From assembly GCA_905331295.1 (NCBI GenBank), contig CAJNYD010000020.1, positions 310,001 through 336,120 of the forward strand: a stretch of DNA of 26,120 bases, in the 5' to 3' direction. Below, piece by piece: positions 11,201 through 21,742 of this stretch. The stretch comes from Rotaria socialis. Lineage: Eukaryota. The position numbers and the translations under genes were made by a program. Every line of letters begins with the position of its first letter. The stretch's first letter is position 1. A model generated the notes under the pieces. The model was not told the origin of the DNA and did not search any database. It worked only from the letters and a program-made list of their open reading frames with translations.

Positions 11201-14200
11201 AGCTGCTAATGTTAACGGTGTAAAACCATTTTTGTTTAAACGTTTCCACAATGGTATAACTTTGTTTTTCTTTGCTACAGCTTTTTCTGCATTTTCTTCA
11301 TCACTAGAAAAATTTTCATCTGCTTGTATTTCTAACCAACGTTGTTTTACTTTTGTATACATTTTGGGTAACTTATGAATTACAAGTAAATGCAAGACAT
11401 TATTTCCATTTGAATCCATCTAAATATACATGTATGTACGCTAAAATTTGATTTCTTATACACTAATTATCATATCATTTTTCGATTATTTCTAAATGTA
11501 TCTTATTCGAAACTTTGTTTCATATTTTCCATCTATTCTATTGCATTTTATGATGCTTTTAAATAATTTATGTCAGTATTGGAGGAAAAGTTTGAACTTT
11601 CAGTTCCATTTCATGTTGATTAATCTCAGAACATGATGATTGTGGGTTTCCCCTTAATTTAAAATATTATGTATTTTTTTTCTGCATGATCTACTACGTT
11701 CTTTTTTCTTTCGTTCATTGACTACGGCCTTGCAAAAAGTATATATAGGCTGAATGAAAATTGGACTATAAATATTTACTGCAATCGAGCTGTAACCGCG
11801 TCGGTGAAGCAAAACGCAAAAACCAAGAGGATAAGATAATAATAAAAATAAAAATTATCGACGTCTACATATGTCATTTTTGAATAATGACAGATTTGGA
11901 TTCATTATATGTCAAAATCAGCAATAATGAAAAAGGTATTTATGATAAATCTTTGCATTATTCTGTTTTCTCTTTCTCTTGTATAAATATTTTTTCTTAA
12001 CTATTTTCTGATTAGAGCAATTAATTATTTTATTTTACGACGTTTAAGAGACATCTTTCTCCTTCTTCAGTTTTATTTTATTTGGTGTTATGTTGTTGTT
12101 TTTGCTATTTACAATACGTATCTGACTATTATTTTTCTTTAATAATGAAACGGAATGACAAGACGGTAATACTGGCCGATAAAACTTATGTTTGACGTTC
12201 CGTTCGACTATTAAAGAAAAAGAAACAGAAAAGTCAGATACGTATTGTAGATAGCAAAAACAAAAACAAAAACAAAAACATAACACCAAATAAAACAAAG
12301 CTGAAGCAGTAGAAAGATATTTTCGAAGCCTTTTAAAATAAAATAATTAATTGTTCTAATCGGAAAGTAGTTAAGAAAAAAACATTAAAACAAAAGGAAG
12401 AGAAAAAACAAAATAGTACAATTATAATGACCTTCCTCAACACATGTAATTATGATAAATCATAAAAGACAAATCATATGAGGTCTGCTTTGTTTATTTT
12501 TCAAATCAAAGCTGATTTTTCTGTAAGTTATCGTGGTCTCTAATCGTATTTTTTTGTGCTGCGTTAAAGAAAACCAATCAAATTTTTTATAATACACTGC
12601 AAAGTATATATTGCTCTGAAAAAAGCTGTTTTGAATTAAATTCTTCGAATAATATACAGTAGATACAATAGGAACGTCAATTATACATCATACAATAATA
12701 ATGAAAACTTATTATTTGCTAAGTTATGAGAATCAAATTTCCAATTGATCTCATTAATCAAAGAATATAACTCAATAAAATGCCATCGAATACCTTATTA
12801 ATGAACTTTTAAGTGTTTTACTCATGTTAATAAATACCTCTGAGTATTTTACGTAGTCAAAACAAATCTATCATTGAAATCACGCCGATATTTTTCTTGA
12901 GATTTTAATACTGTCAAGAAGACTTTATATTGAGTGTATGATCAAAGTCGACGAATTCAAAGAGTGCAACGAAATGACTAATAGAGTTTCATGTTTTACA
13001 GATAGAAAAATTGAATCAAAGTAGTTTCATTGAAATATAGCCAACGAACGATATTTATTGGATAAAATAATCACTAGGTGATTCCATTGGTTTTGGTGAA
13101 AATATCGGCAATCAATATTGAAATTTATTGCACAGATATAGTTAATATAAGATTTTCTATTGCTTGTTCAGAGTCATAGAAATAAACTAGAACGAATAAT
13201 GTGGAATTCATCGCCATTCGTAATATATTCAAACTTTATTCTCATAATTGAAGCATTCAAAGTTTGCTATTCGCGTTTAAAAAAACTACTTTTCTGTTTC
13301 GACTTAATTCCATTTCGAAAGGGTCAAATTTTCGATATGACCCAAATAAACAAGTATCTGCTTATCACCTTTAATATATAATAGTTTTGTTCAGAAGTTC
13401 GATTCTAATTTTTTCCAAGATGTATAGAGAAATCCATAAGAAAATTTGGCTATACACCATCTCTGTGCAAAATATAAATAAATATCTTTCCGATTCAAGA
13501 GAAAAACATCTTCATAAATCAAACAAGAGACTATTTTATCTGACCTATTTTTTCAAATCTTCTCTTGATCATTACCATGGGACCTGCTCTACATTGAAGG
13601 ACTCAAGTTTGCACTTATTTTTAAATTGATCTCAAAACAAAATTGAATAATTACTTGGATTACTTACCGCATCCATAGAAGCACCATATTTAAGTAAAAT
13701 TTCTACTATATTCCATTGATTTGTACAGCAAGCAAATGCTAATGGCGTTTCACCATAATAACAAGGTCTTCCACTAAATTAAATTTTACATGTATATATA
13801 TAAAAGTTTTCTTTTATTGAAATAAATCTTACACTTGAAAAAAACTGCCGCAAGCAGCCGCTGTTAGTTGTTGTTCTCGATACTCTCGATTGTGTTTATC
13901 ACCTAAAAGCCATTCAACCATAGTTGCATTTCGTTTAATAATGGCAATATGCAAAACCATTTCGCCATAATATTCCTAAAGACAAATAAAAAGTTTTTCT
14001 TAATAATAATTCAACAAAGAAAATCAATTCAAATGACTACACTTTGATTATAGATTTGTGTTATTGTATGTGGAAAATTTGTAACTAAATATCGAGCCAT
14101 ATTAAGATGTATCTCGGTTCCGTATAAAAATAACATATGAACAGGGCATTCACCAACTGGACCTCTTTGATCTACATTTTCAGGATCCTGTGTAACAAGA

Positions 14201-14385
14201 CGTTCCATACTTGCTTGATCAGCTTTTCGTACAGCTTCCCAAATAGTTCCACCTTTACGTGAGTTTTCTGTTTGTCGTTCAACAGCCGAAGCTGTTAATG
14301 TGTCATTATTTTTATCTTTTTTCTTTCCAGCACTAAACGTTAAACGTTCCCATATGCTCTGGACAGAGGCTTGATCATCACTCAT
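8208..14385 (-). CDS. TRPV: TRPV-family cation channel (ankyrin repeats, 6 TM, TRP box; OSM-9/Inactive-like)
   Basis: Exons 14385-14041, 13975-13833, 13773-13668, 11419-11072, 11000-10794, 9306-9133, 9068-8780, 8727-8514 and 8445-8208 total 2064 nt (687 aa) in phase. Motifs: YYGEMVLHIAI, YYGETPLAFACC, DSNGNNVLHL, GFTPLTLAAKLG, WSFGPVACVLYPL, TGPFVVMIYEML, LLNLLIAMMGDTY, IWHLERARI. Confidence 0.95.
9939..10691. mobile_element. Non-autonomous hAT-like DNA transposon in TRPV intron 5
   Basis: 15-bp TIRs CATAGCCGGCGGAAC / CATAGACGGCGGAGC (reverse complement) with 2 mismatches. 8-bp TSD CTCATATA (9931-9938) / CTTATATA (10692-10699). Subterminal GRGTAGRCT motifs at both ends. GC content is higher than the host intron. 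Confidence 0.85.
10119..10267. mobile_element. Small MITE nested in the hAT-like element
   Basis: TIRs CAGTGTTGCCAGAT / CATTGATGCCAGAT (reverse complement), 12 of 14 matching. The interior is made of TTTTCGGA/TTTTCAGA repeats. The TSD is only partly preserved (GTAA). Confidence 0.6.
11954..12420. repeat. Long imperfect palindrome (foldback element) in TRPV intron 3
   Basis: Arms of about 210-230 bp, e.g. TTTGGTGTTATG...GCTATTTACAATACGTATCTGACT vs AGTCAGATACGTATTGTAGATAGC...CATAACACCAAA, and TTCTTAACTATTTTCTGATTAGAGCAATTAATTATTTT vs its reverse complement near 12335-12377. Loop about 12164-12189. Outer limits are fuzzy. Confidence 0.85.
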
Positions 14386-16238
14386 GGTTTTGTGTCACAG
14401 GCCAAAAGCGTCAATATTTACTGTTGATATTTTTTCCTATTTTACTATAGTTAACGATGAAAATGGACGATTAGGGCGACGATTAATATCTAGGTAGTGC
14501 AGTCGTTTTATTCTTTATATTTTTTTTTAATCATTCCTTTACTATACCCACGCGAGTTGTTATTGTGTACGTAATTAACAGCGTCGTCAATGTGATCAAT
14601 GGAGCGAAACTATTTAGCCTTGAAATAAAGGATGCATAAGGTAATGAACAACTTGAAGGACCGTACTTTTTGTTTGGCGATAGGTTTTTGTTATAAACTT
14701 TTATGAAGTAAAACTTGTTCGACATTTCCTTGAACATAGGTTCAAATTGATACTTTTTCGATTACTACTCATCGAAATAAAAGACACTAAAGGTAACTAT
14801 TATTTTCAATCAATTGAATCATAACGTGGTATGAGATTAGAACATTTTTCCTTGATGGTTTCTCTATTAATATATGATTGTGAGTGATAATGTGCGAGTA
14901 TAATAGACATTAATTAATTCGAACTATAGAGAAAATGAATGAAAGTCAGCTGATTAGTAAATAAATTCCATCAGCTGAAAATAAATTGTTGTATTTCATT
15001 AATTCAAAGACTGAATCTGGACATATATTAATCAGATACTGTATGATTGAAAAATAACCGAGCTTCAATATGCTTCAAAACTAAAATATCAATATTTGTA
15101 TCCAATATACGCATGATCAAGATCAAGTAACTGTATACTAAAGGCAACTCATGAAGATTAATCCCATAGTAGATATACAGTCACTTCCGCTTTAATGCAT
15201 TGATATTATATGTCAATGATTATCATAAAATTGTCTATGTATTGGCCTTATCTCATAGATGAATTAGTACTTTTCTTGATAAAGAATATTACCAATTAGA
15301 AAGTTTTTTTACCGTATCCATTTCTTACTTCAAATAAAAACTGCATTACGAAAATTTTATATCGCAACTCAAATTGAAACCCTACTGAACGATTGTCTAA
15401 TTTAATTGATTAATTTCTTTTGTAGCTATGCGTTTTCTATTGTCGTGCGAATACAAATACTTGAGAAAAAATTGAGAAAGGATTGAAATAATTATCCAAT
15501 TCAAAGTCTTATTGAACAAATATGTTTATGAAGAACGTTTCAACAGTAAAACTCACTCTCATAAATAGATATACTGCAAAGATGTACAATGAGTAAGTTC
15601 TATTACTCTACCCGCCCTGTCACTTTGATAGAGGCACCCTACGCTACCGATTATGAATAGGAACTGTCATGGTTATATTTAAGTTAGAGAACGACTTTTT
15701 CATAGCAAAGTAGCTCATGAAAAAGACTCATCACAAATAATTAATGATGCACCAAGAGTATGATGAAAAACATTTTTGATGTTTTTTAATTATTTTTTCA
15801 TTCATCTAGAGAAAAGAAAATCACCCACCTACTCTGGTTTCCCTCGCCTTTTTTTAGGTTAACCGTGAATCAACTGCCAATCGTAGAGAAACATGACAAA
15901 AATATAGAAGAATAATCGAGCCGCATGTAAACGAACACGCTTCATTTCATTAATGAATTCCTAAGTTAATGAATGACAACATTTCAAGTAGCTGATATTA
16001 TCAAGGGTTCGTTCTAACTTTTTTATTCAAAATAAAAGGATAATATTAGTCATATCTTTCAGAATACTTGAGTTCTTATTATGTTGAATCTTTATAATAT
16101 ATAATTTTTGTTTTGCTCTTTTTTACATGTAATTCTAATAGAATATGTGTATGTGAGGAAATTGCATCACTAACAGATTTATTTAACTCAGATAAAAGAC
16201 TTACTGTTAGCGTCACTAGATGTCACTTCATGACGCTA

Positions 16239-16555
16239 CCCAGGTCGACTGATCCCACATCGAATCCGATAGGAACCTGGAAATATCCTACAATCCGATA
16301 CAATTCTATTGGATTCCAGGTCGAGGGATCGATGTCGGATCCTCAGTGTCGGAATTCTATGAACTTCCGATGACATACAACGGTTTTTCCTTGGAATTCA
16401 TAGGAATCCGACAATGAGGATCCGGCATTGATTCCTCGACCCGGAATCCACCGATAGTTCTGTAAGATCTGACAGGATCCGATAAAATCCTATTGGATTC
16501 TAGTCGGATCGGATGGGTTCCGATAGGTGCCTACTGTCGGATTGCTCGACCTGGG
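16239..16555. mobile_element. MITE with TA target duplication and an internal hairpin
   Basis: Ends TA-CCCAGGTCGA ... TCGACCTGGG-TA. Internal inverted repeat 16311-16368 / 16393-16449, and many ATCCGA/TCGGAT modules. Confidence 0.85.
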
Positions 16556-17073
16556 TAACTTATCCATATCATTGAAATGCGTTTTTCTAGTCTTCTTTTC
16601 TATTTGACATGGATAATTCTTCTCATGATTGAGATCATATGATCTTTTTTTTTGGCTTAGCTACATTTTCTCGTTACTACGTCGTTTAGTTTTCTCGTTC
16701 GGATATATAAGGGACTATCCATATATTTATTTGCTGGTTTTGATTTTTTCATCACTGTTATCATTATTTATATTAAATCTACTTTTTCCTTCAGTCAACT
16801 CATTTCCCAAATAAATAAAAATGGAATCGATCAAGCTTATATTAAAAATTAAACTCAAATTTATCTAAAAGACTCACACTGCCAATAATTTATATCATCT
16901 ATAAATCTACCATATTTATGAATCCAATCCTGTAAAATAATTATCTCACTATCTTCCTAATTTTTCTCTGTGTTATTTAGCTTGAGCTTTTCGTCGTTTA
17001 AAATTCTATTTTTATTTTGTTCAGTTTGTCTATCTGAATTTTTACTAGTGCTTATACTATCAAATGCAGAGTC

Positions 17074-17117
17074 CTGAAGAGTGTTTCAATATTTAAATAA
17101 ATAACACGAAACGCATC
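17074..17117 (+). ncRNA. Degenerate Penelope-type hammerhead ribozyme motif
   Basis: CTGAAGA, then GTGTT...AACAC (perfect 5-bp stem II), then GAAA, then CGCATC (one change from the common GAAACGCGTC). Stem I is not convincingly paired. Confidence 0.5.
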
Positions 17118-17511
17118 AGAGAAATTAAACTATGCATTTCTGTTCATTAATTTAATTCAAGCGCATTAATCTGTTATCTTATTTAATTTTCAACAAAGTC
17201 GATTGCTGAAAGGCAAAAATTGAGAATAGCAGATTGATTTGCATGTGACGTGAGAGATATAGATCTATCTGTTTTTTTTTGATTTACTCAAATAATATCA
17301 AAGTGAAATAACAATGCTTTTTAAATAACGTCTTAGTGAACAATTTTCCGTTGTGCATATTGTAGAAATGAAAAAAATATTTAAATAAATAAGCACTTAT
17401 TGTCTAAACAAGACTGTCTGCCAGGATCTGACCATTTTTATTCAAACCTCACAGTGACTAAGCATATAACTGATCAGTTGGTTTTTTCCTTCGTGTTGAG
17501 TATTACGTAGA

Positions 17512-18020
17512 TTATTACCTTAACATTTTTGATGGATTATTTTCGATTTTTTTTTGTGACAATACCAATGATTACCTCTGCTATTTTCTAATTACTGTCA
17601 AGTGCAATCAACAAAAACAAAAGCTGCGTGAGCTACGCCAAACAACATGTTGTTGTGAACAACAAAATACTTGTTTTTGCGTTACTTGCTTGTCATGATC
17701 GGATGATGGCGTGATTGTAACGAAGATAGAAGAAAAGGTAATTGTCATATAGTTTCAACGGATAAAATGTTTTTGCAAATGCGCATTAATAATATAAATT
17801 TATAATCGTTTTGCACCGATGTTTCACAGTTGTGGTGCTAGAGAAAAAAACAGTAAGCTTTGATCGTGTCGTGGCTTCGAGAAAAAATGCTGTTTCTTAC
17901 GGTTGAACATAAGTTTTAAGAAGTCATCTAAATGTTAAACGATTTTTTAATTGATACAATATTTCGTGTGGACACAGTTGAATAATTTGTGCGGAGAAAA
18001 AAACGGACCTATGATTTTTT
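17512..18020 (+). repeat. Direct repeat copy 1 (about 500 bp)
   Basis: Aligns with 19954-20460 from TTATTACCTTAA to TGTGCGGAG..GATTTTTT, roughly 92% identical by manual count. Confidence 0.95.
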
Positions 18021-18042
18021 TAATCATTAAACGATTTCATTT

Positions 18043-18087
18043 GCCATCTGATGATCTGGGTAGTTCCAGTGAAATCTAGATTATGGT
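18043..18087 (+). ncRNA. Minimal type I hammerhead ribozyme (HHR-1), Athena/Terminon-like 3' end
   Basis: Stem I GCCAT (18043-47) / ATGGT (18083-87). Core CTGATGA at 18048-54. Stem II CTGGG-tagt-TCCAG closed by a T.T pair. GAAA at 18071-74. Palindromic stem III TCTAGA, with an AUU triplet at the cleavage position (18082). Confidence 0.8.
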
Positions 18088-18095
18088 AGCTGTTC

Positions 18096-18107
18096 ACACC
18101 CACACCC
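18096..18107 (+). repeat. Interstitial telomere-like repeat (ACACCC)2
   Basis: ACACCCACACCC is the reverse complement of TGTGGG-type repeats known as a bdelloid (Adineta) telomere repeat. It lies 8 nt after HHR-1. Confidence 0.7.
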
Positions 18108-18559
18108 TTCACTCTATAATAATCAAAGAAAAATTAAACTCAAGATTATTCTTGTTCAGAAAATTCTATAGATAAAAGAGTATACTTTCTTTTTAGAACA
18201 ATGATATTTCTGTTTCTCTCTCATCGTCATGTTTCAATTGTCTATGTTTTGTAATAAAAAACAAGAATTAATCATATTATCAGAGATATTTCTTTGATTG
18301 CATTTGTAAAAGAAATATTTTGTCATCAAAATAAATAATAATCTAGGTCGCTTTAATGTTTTTTTTATCCTCTTTCACTTGATAATCATCTTTATTTATT
18401 CATAGATGAAAGATTATGAAATTGAATGAAACATAAAAGAGTAAAATGTCATTCTATGATCGTAACTTACTCTAAAAGTTATTTCTTTTCAAACTATTCT
18501 TCTCTTGATATCAAAAGAGTAGTAATATTGATTTGTATTCATAACCATAACCTAAAATG

Positions 18560-19115
18560 ATTCTATGAGAGACAATGAAATTGAACATCACAATAAATGG
18601 GATAATGTTCGAACGTGCGAAAAGCACTGTAGCATCTTTCTTTTATCCATCATCTTCATTGATGGATTGATCATTGTCAATCAAACAATTATCTCGCTTT
18701 TTTCATAATTTCTCGAAATCACCCTCTTCTGTTTAGTAGATTTTTTCTCTGTAGTAAGTTCATTTTTCTTTCAATGCAAATGTTCAATTTCGTATATCAT
18801 CGAATCGAAAATAATAAATTCTTTTGTTTTTCTATCTTTTTCAATTCATTCTCCGGATGAGACTATAGAAGGTGGATTCTCACCAACAATTTCACATCAT
18901 TTTGTCGAAATCGAAAAGTATATTTCTACTTTTCTTGCTTTCTTTTAACAATCTTCATGGAATAATGCTCTACAGAATTCTGATAGAATATTTGTAATAA
19001 AACAAGGAATAAATTCTAATTTTTTTCCTTCAATCATTTGATTCATTGATAANTCGATTCATTGTTAAAATTCAACTTCGTCATTAAGTGATTTTTTTTC
19101 TCATTTTCATTAGCG
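18560..19115 (-). pseudogene. Decayed K/E-rich coding fragment between the two hammerheads
   Basis: One frame reads MNQMIEGKKLEFIPCFITNILSEFCRALFHEDC*KKARKVEIYFSISTK*CEIVGENPPSIVSSGE*IEKDRKTKEF... with scattered stops and a nearby gtaagt donor. Family not recognised. Confidence 0.35.
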
Positions 19116-19873
19116 TCTATATATTTACTACTTACATTCTATCCACAAAGATGATTCTCAGAAGTTTCTATCATTTTAAATATTATTCTATTTCATAATA
19201 ATCAGTTTTTCAAACTTTATAATGAATACTAATAAAAAAGAATTATTTTATTTATTACTTATCAACAATAAGACATATATCATCTTTTTCTTTTTCTCTA
19301 TTGATGAGTCATCACAAAAAGAGCCATTAATATCTTTCAATACGCTAATCGCCATTTCTCGAAGGAACCATCCTCTATTCTTTACATGTTATTTAACAGC
19401 TGTTCAAAGATACGACAGAATTGAAATTTTTTTTTCGTTCTGTGAATATGCGTTTCGCATACTCGGTATTCAAGAGGTTAAAGACTCTAACTTATACAAA
19501 GAGAAATAACGTCTAAACATTCCATTTAACTGTTCTTCAATTTTTCATTAAAATTGAAATACCTTTGTATAGAAATTTACTGTTGTTTATTTTTCTCGCA
19601 CTCCGCTATGTATTTTCGCTAAAAATTCTACTTTTGAGTAACCATTTAATTATTCTGAGTATTTTCTACTCATCTTTGCTTTGATATTAAAAGCGACAGG
19701 AATTTTTCTTTGAAAATTTCTTTTCAATTTAATATTTTACGCAGTGGCTAAACCGCCTGATAAAACTAAATTCTACTTCTTCGTGAACTAGAACAGAATA
19801 ATATTCTCGAGTTGATTTTGAATTTGTTTTGAATTTTTGTTCAAAATTTTCTGAATCGAACTAGAGATACTAA

Positions 19874-19917
19874 GCCATCTGATGAGACTCCGAAGCAGAG
19901 TCGAAATGCGTCGTGGT
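19874..19917 (+). ncRNA. Minimal type I hammerhead ribozyme (HHR-2), Athena/Terminon-like 3' end
   Basis: Stem I GCCAT (19874-78) / GTGGT (19913-17). Core CTGATGA at 19879-85. Perfect stem II GACTC-cgaagca-GAGTC. GAAA at 19903-06. Short quasi-palindromic stem III TGCG. Canonical GUC cleavage triplet ending at 19912. Confidence 0.88.
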
Positions 19918-19924
19918 AGCTTCT

Positions 19925-19953
19925 CACACATCACCCACATCACCCACATACCC
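19925..19953 (+). repeat. Variant telomere-like tail CACACATCACCCACATCACCCACATACCC
   Basis: The reverse complement is GGGTATGTGGGTGATGTGGGTGATGTGTG. It follows HHR-2 and directly abuts repeat copy 2. Confidence 0.7.
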
Positions 19954-20460
19954 TTATTACCTTAAGATTTTTGATGGATTATTTTCGATTTTTTTTGTGA
20001 CAATACCAATGATTACCTCTGCTATTTTCTAATTACTGTCAAGTACAATCAACAAAAACAAAAGCTGCGTGAGCTACGCCAAACAACATGTTGTTGTGAA
20101 CAACAAAATATTTGTTTTTGCGTTACTTGCTTGTCATGATCGGATGATGGGGTGATTGTAAGGAAGACAAAAGAAAAGGTAATAGTGATATAATTTCAAC
20201 CGATTAAACTTTTTTGCAACGGTGCATTGGTCGTATAAATTTAGAATCGTTTTGCACCAATGTTTCACAGTTGTGGTGCTAGAGAAAAAAACGGCAAGCG
20301 TTGATCGTGTCGTGGCTTCGAGAAAAAATGCTGTTTCATACGATTGAGCAAAATTTTCAAGGAGTCATCTAAATGCTAAACGATTTTTTAATTGATACAA
20401 TATTTCGTGTGGACACACTTGAATAATTTGTGCGGAGGAAAAATGTATCGACGATTTTTT
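19954..20460 (+). repeat. Direct repeat copy 2 (about 500 bp)
   Basis: Second copy of 17512-18020, offset 2442 bp. Confidence 0.95.
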
Positions 20461-20592
20461 CTCTCTCGTTTTCTCTCGTTTTCTCTCTTTATGATAAAGT
20501 ATATAAAGTCTAAGCGTATCACTACTAAAACACACAAATTTTTATTTCGCAGTGATAAAACTTTCTCGTTTGGAATACAAGTTGGATCAAAA

Positions 20593-20718
20593 ATGGTTTA
20601 CTCAAGCACTCTTATTGCTATTATTATCATCGGTACAATAGGGCTTGCAATTGCAGGCCCTCCAACTAATATGTCTTATCCAGTAGCATCGAAGCTTTAT
20701 GTACCATTAATAAACTAA
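20593..20718 (+). CDS. Possible small secreted peptide, or first exon of a secreted protein
   Basis: aaaATG context and TATAAA near 20502. The sequence MVYSSTLIAIIIIGTIGLAIA-GPPTNMSYPVASKLYVPLIN has a hydrophobic core and an A-x-A signal-peptidase motif. No family recognised. Confidence 0.4.
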   Translation: MVYSSTLIAIIIIGTIGLAIAGPPTNMSYPVASKLYVPLIN

Positions 20719-21742
20719 TTCATTTCATAGTGCTGACACAGTAGAGTTGTACCGATATGATATCATCAATTCGTTATTATTTCTCTTGATTACAAAATAA
20801 ACGAAAGCTTGATGCTTTGATCGTAGCGGGCGACAGTCTAAAATATAGCTTGCAAATATGCCTATGCGCGAACTGAAATGATCTAAATAGTTTTTTATAT
20901 TTCTCACCGTCTATTGCTGTGAAAAAGATATGTGTGATATAGAAAAGCGAAAAGCATCAGACACCAAAAGGTGACAGAGTACCGGAGAGAGAAAAAGAAA
21001 AGTAAAAAAATCACGAATGAATCAAACATGTCGAGTCAATACAGTTATAAAGAAACAATTAATGAATCACTGGAATAAAATCTCGGATAGTCGAGCTTTT
21101 TTTTTCTTCAGTTACAATGGTCAAAAGTGTTCGATGTGTTTCCCTGTCTGACATGACAATAGAAAAAATGCATCAGTAAATCAAAGCATCTCCTTTATTT
21201 TACAGGATGGCTCCGGGATATCGATTGAATCGAGTTCAACCATCTGCCCAGATGTAAGGATGAAATCTGAAATCAGTTTGATGAATACAAAAATCATAGA
21301 GTAGATAACGAGTAGTAGATAAACTGAAAATAAATGTAAGAAAAGACTAGATCATAAAGATCAGAATTTATTGCTCTGATTCTTGAAATTTTGCTGAGAA
21401 ACGCTTGAAAAAATTTGAAAGTATTTCTATCAGGGTAAGTATATCGACATTCCACGACTTTGGTTTTGAATGAACACTGTGAAACAGGTAGACATGCGTG
21501 AATAAAAGTACAATTTTTACTCTAGAAACCATATGGCAGCTATGTGATGATTTTAGATAGACGAGATGCCAGTGTTGATAGTATTACACTTTATTTAGCT
21601 TCCTCATATCACAAATCGCCTTGTGTACATATAAAGCACTCGTTTATATATGCAACTAAGAGAGAAGAGGAAATAAGGAAAGGAAACAATATGAGAGACG
21701 ATAATTATGAAAGACTCTAAACATATTATTGTCGATCCTAAC

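Noticed and set aside
12044..12298. 84-aa ORF with CFCFCFC
   Set aside because: It is a by-product of the (CAAAAA)n microsatellite in the palindrome.
4613..14385. Functional cluster of a Ca2+ channel with a calpain
   Set aside because: Adjacency alone is weak evidence in a eukaryote, and no synteny or co-expression data are available.
15176..15210. TA-CAGTCACTTCCGCTTTAATG resembling a Tc1/pogo TIR
   Set aside because: No matching inverted partner was found downstream.
17512..20460. LTR retrotransposon or TRIM interpretation of the 500-bp direct repeats
   Set aside because: No TG...CA termini, primer-binding site, polypurine tract, short TSD or gag/pol remnant were seen.
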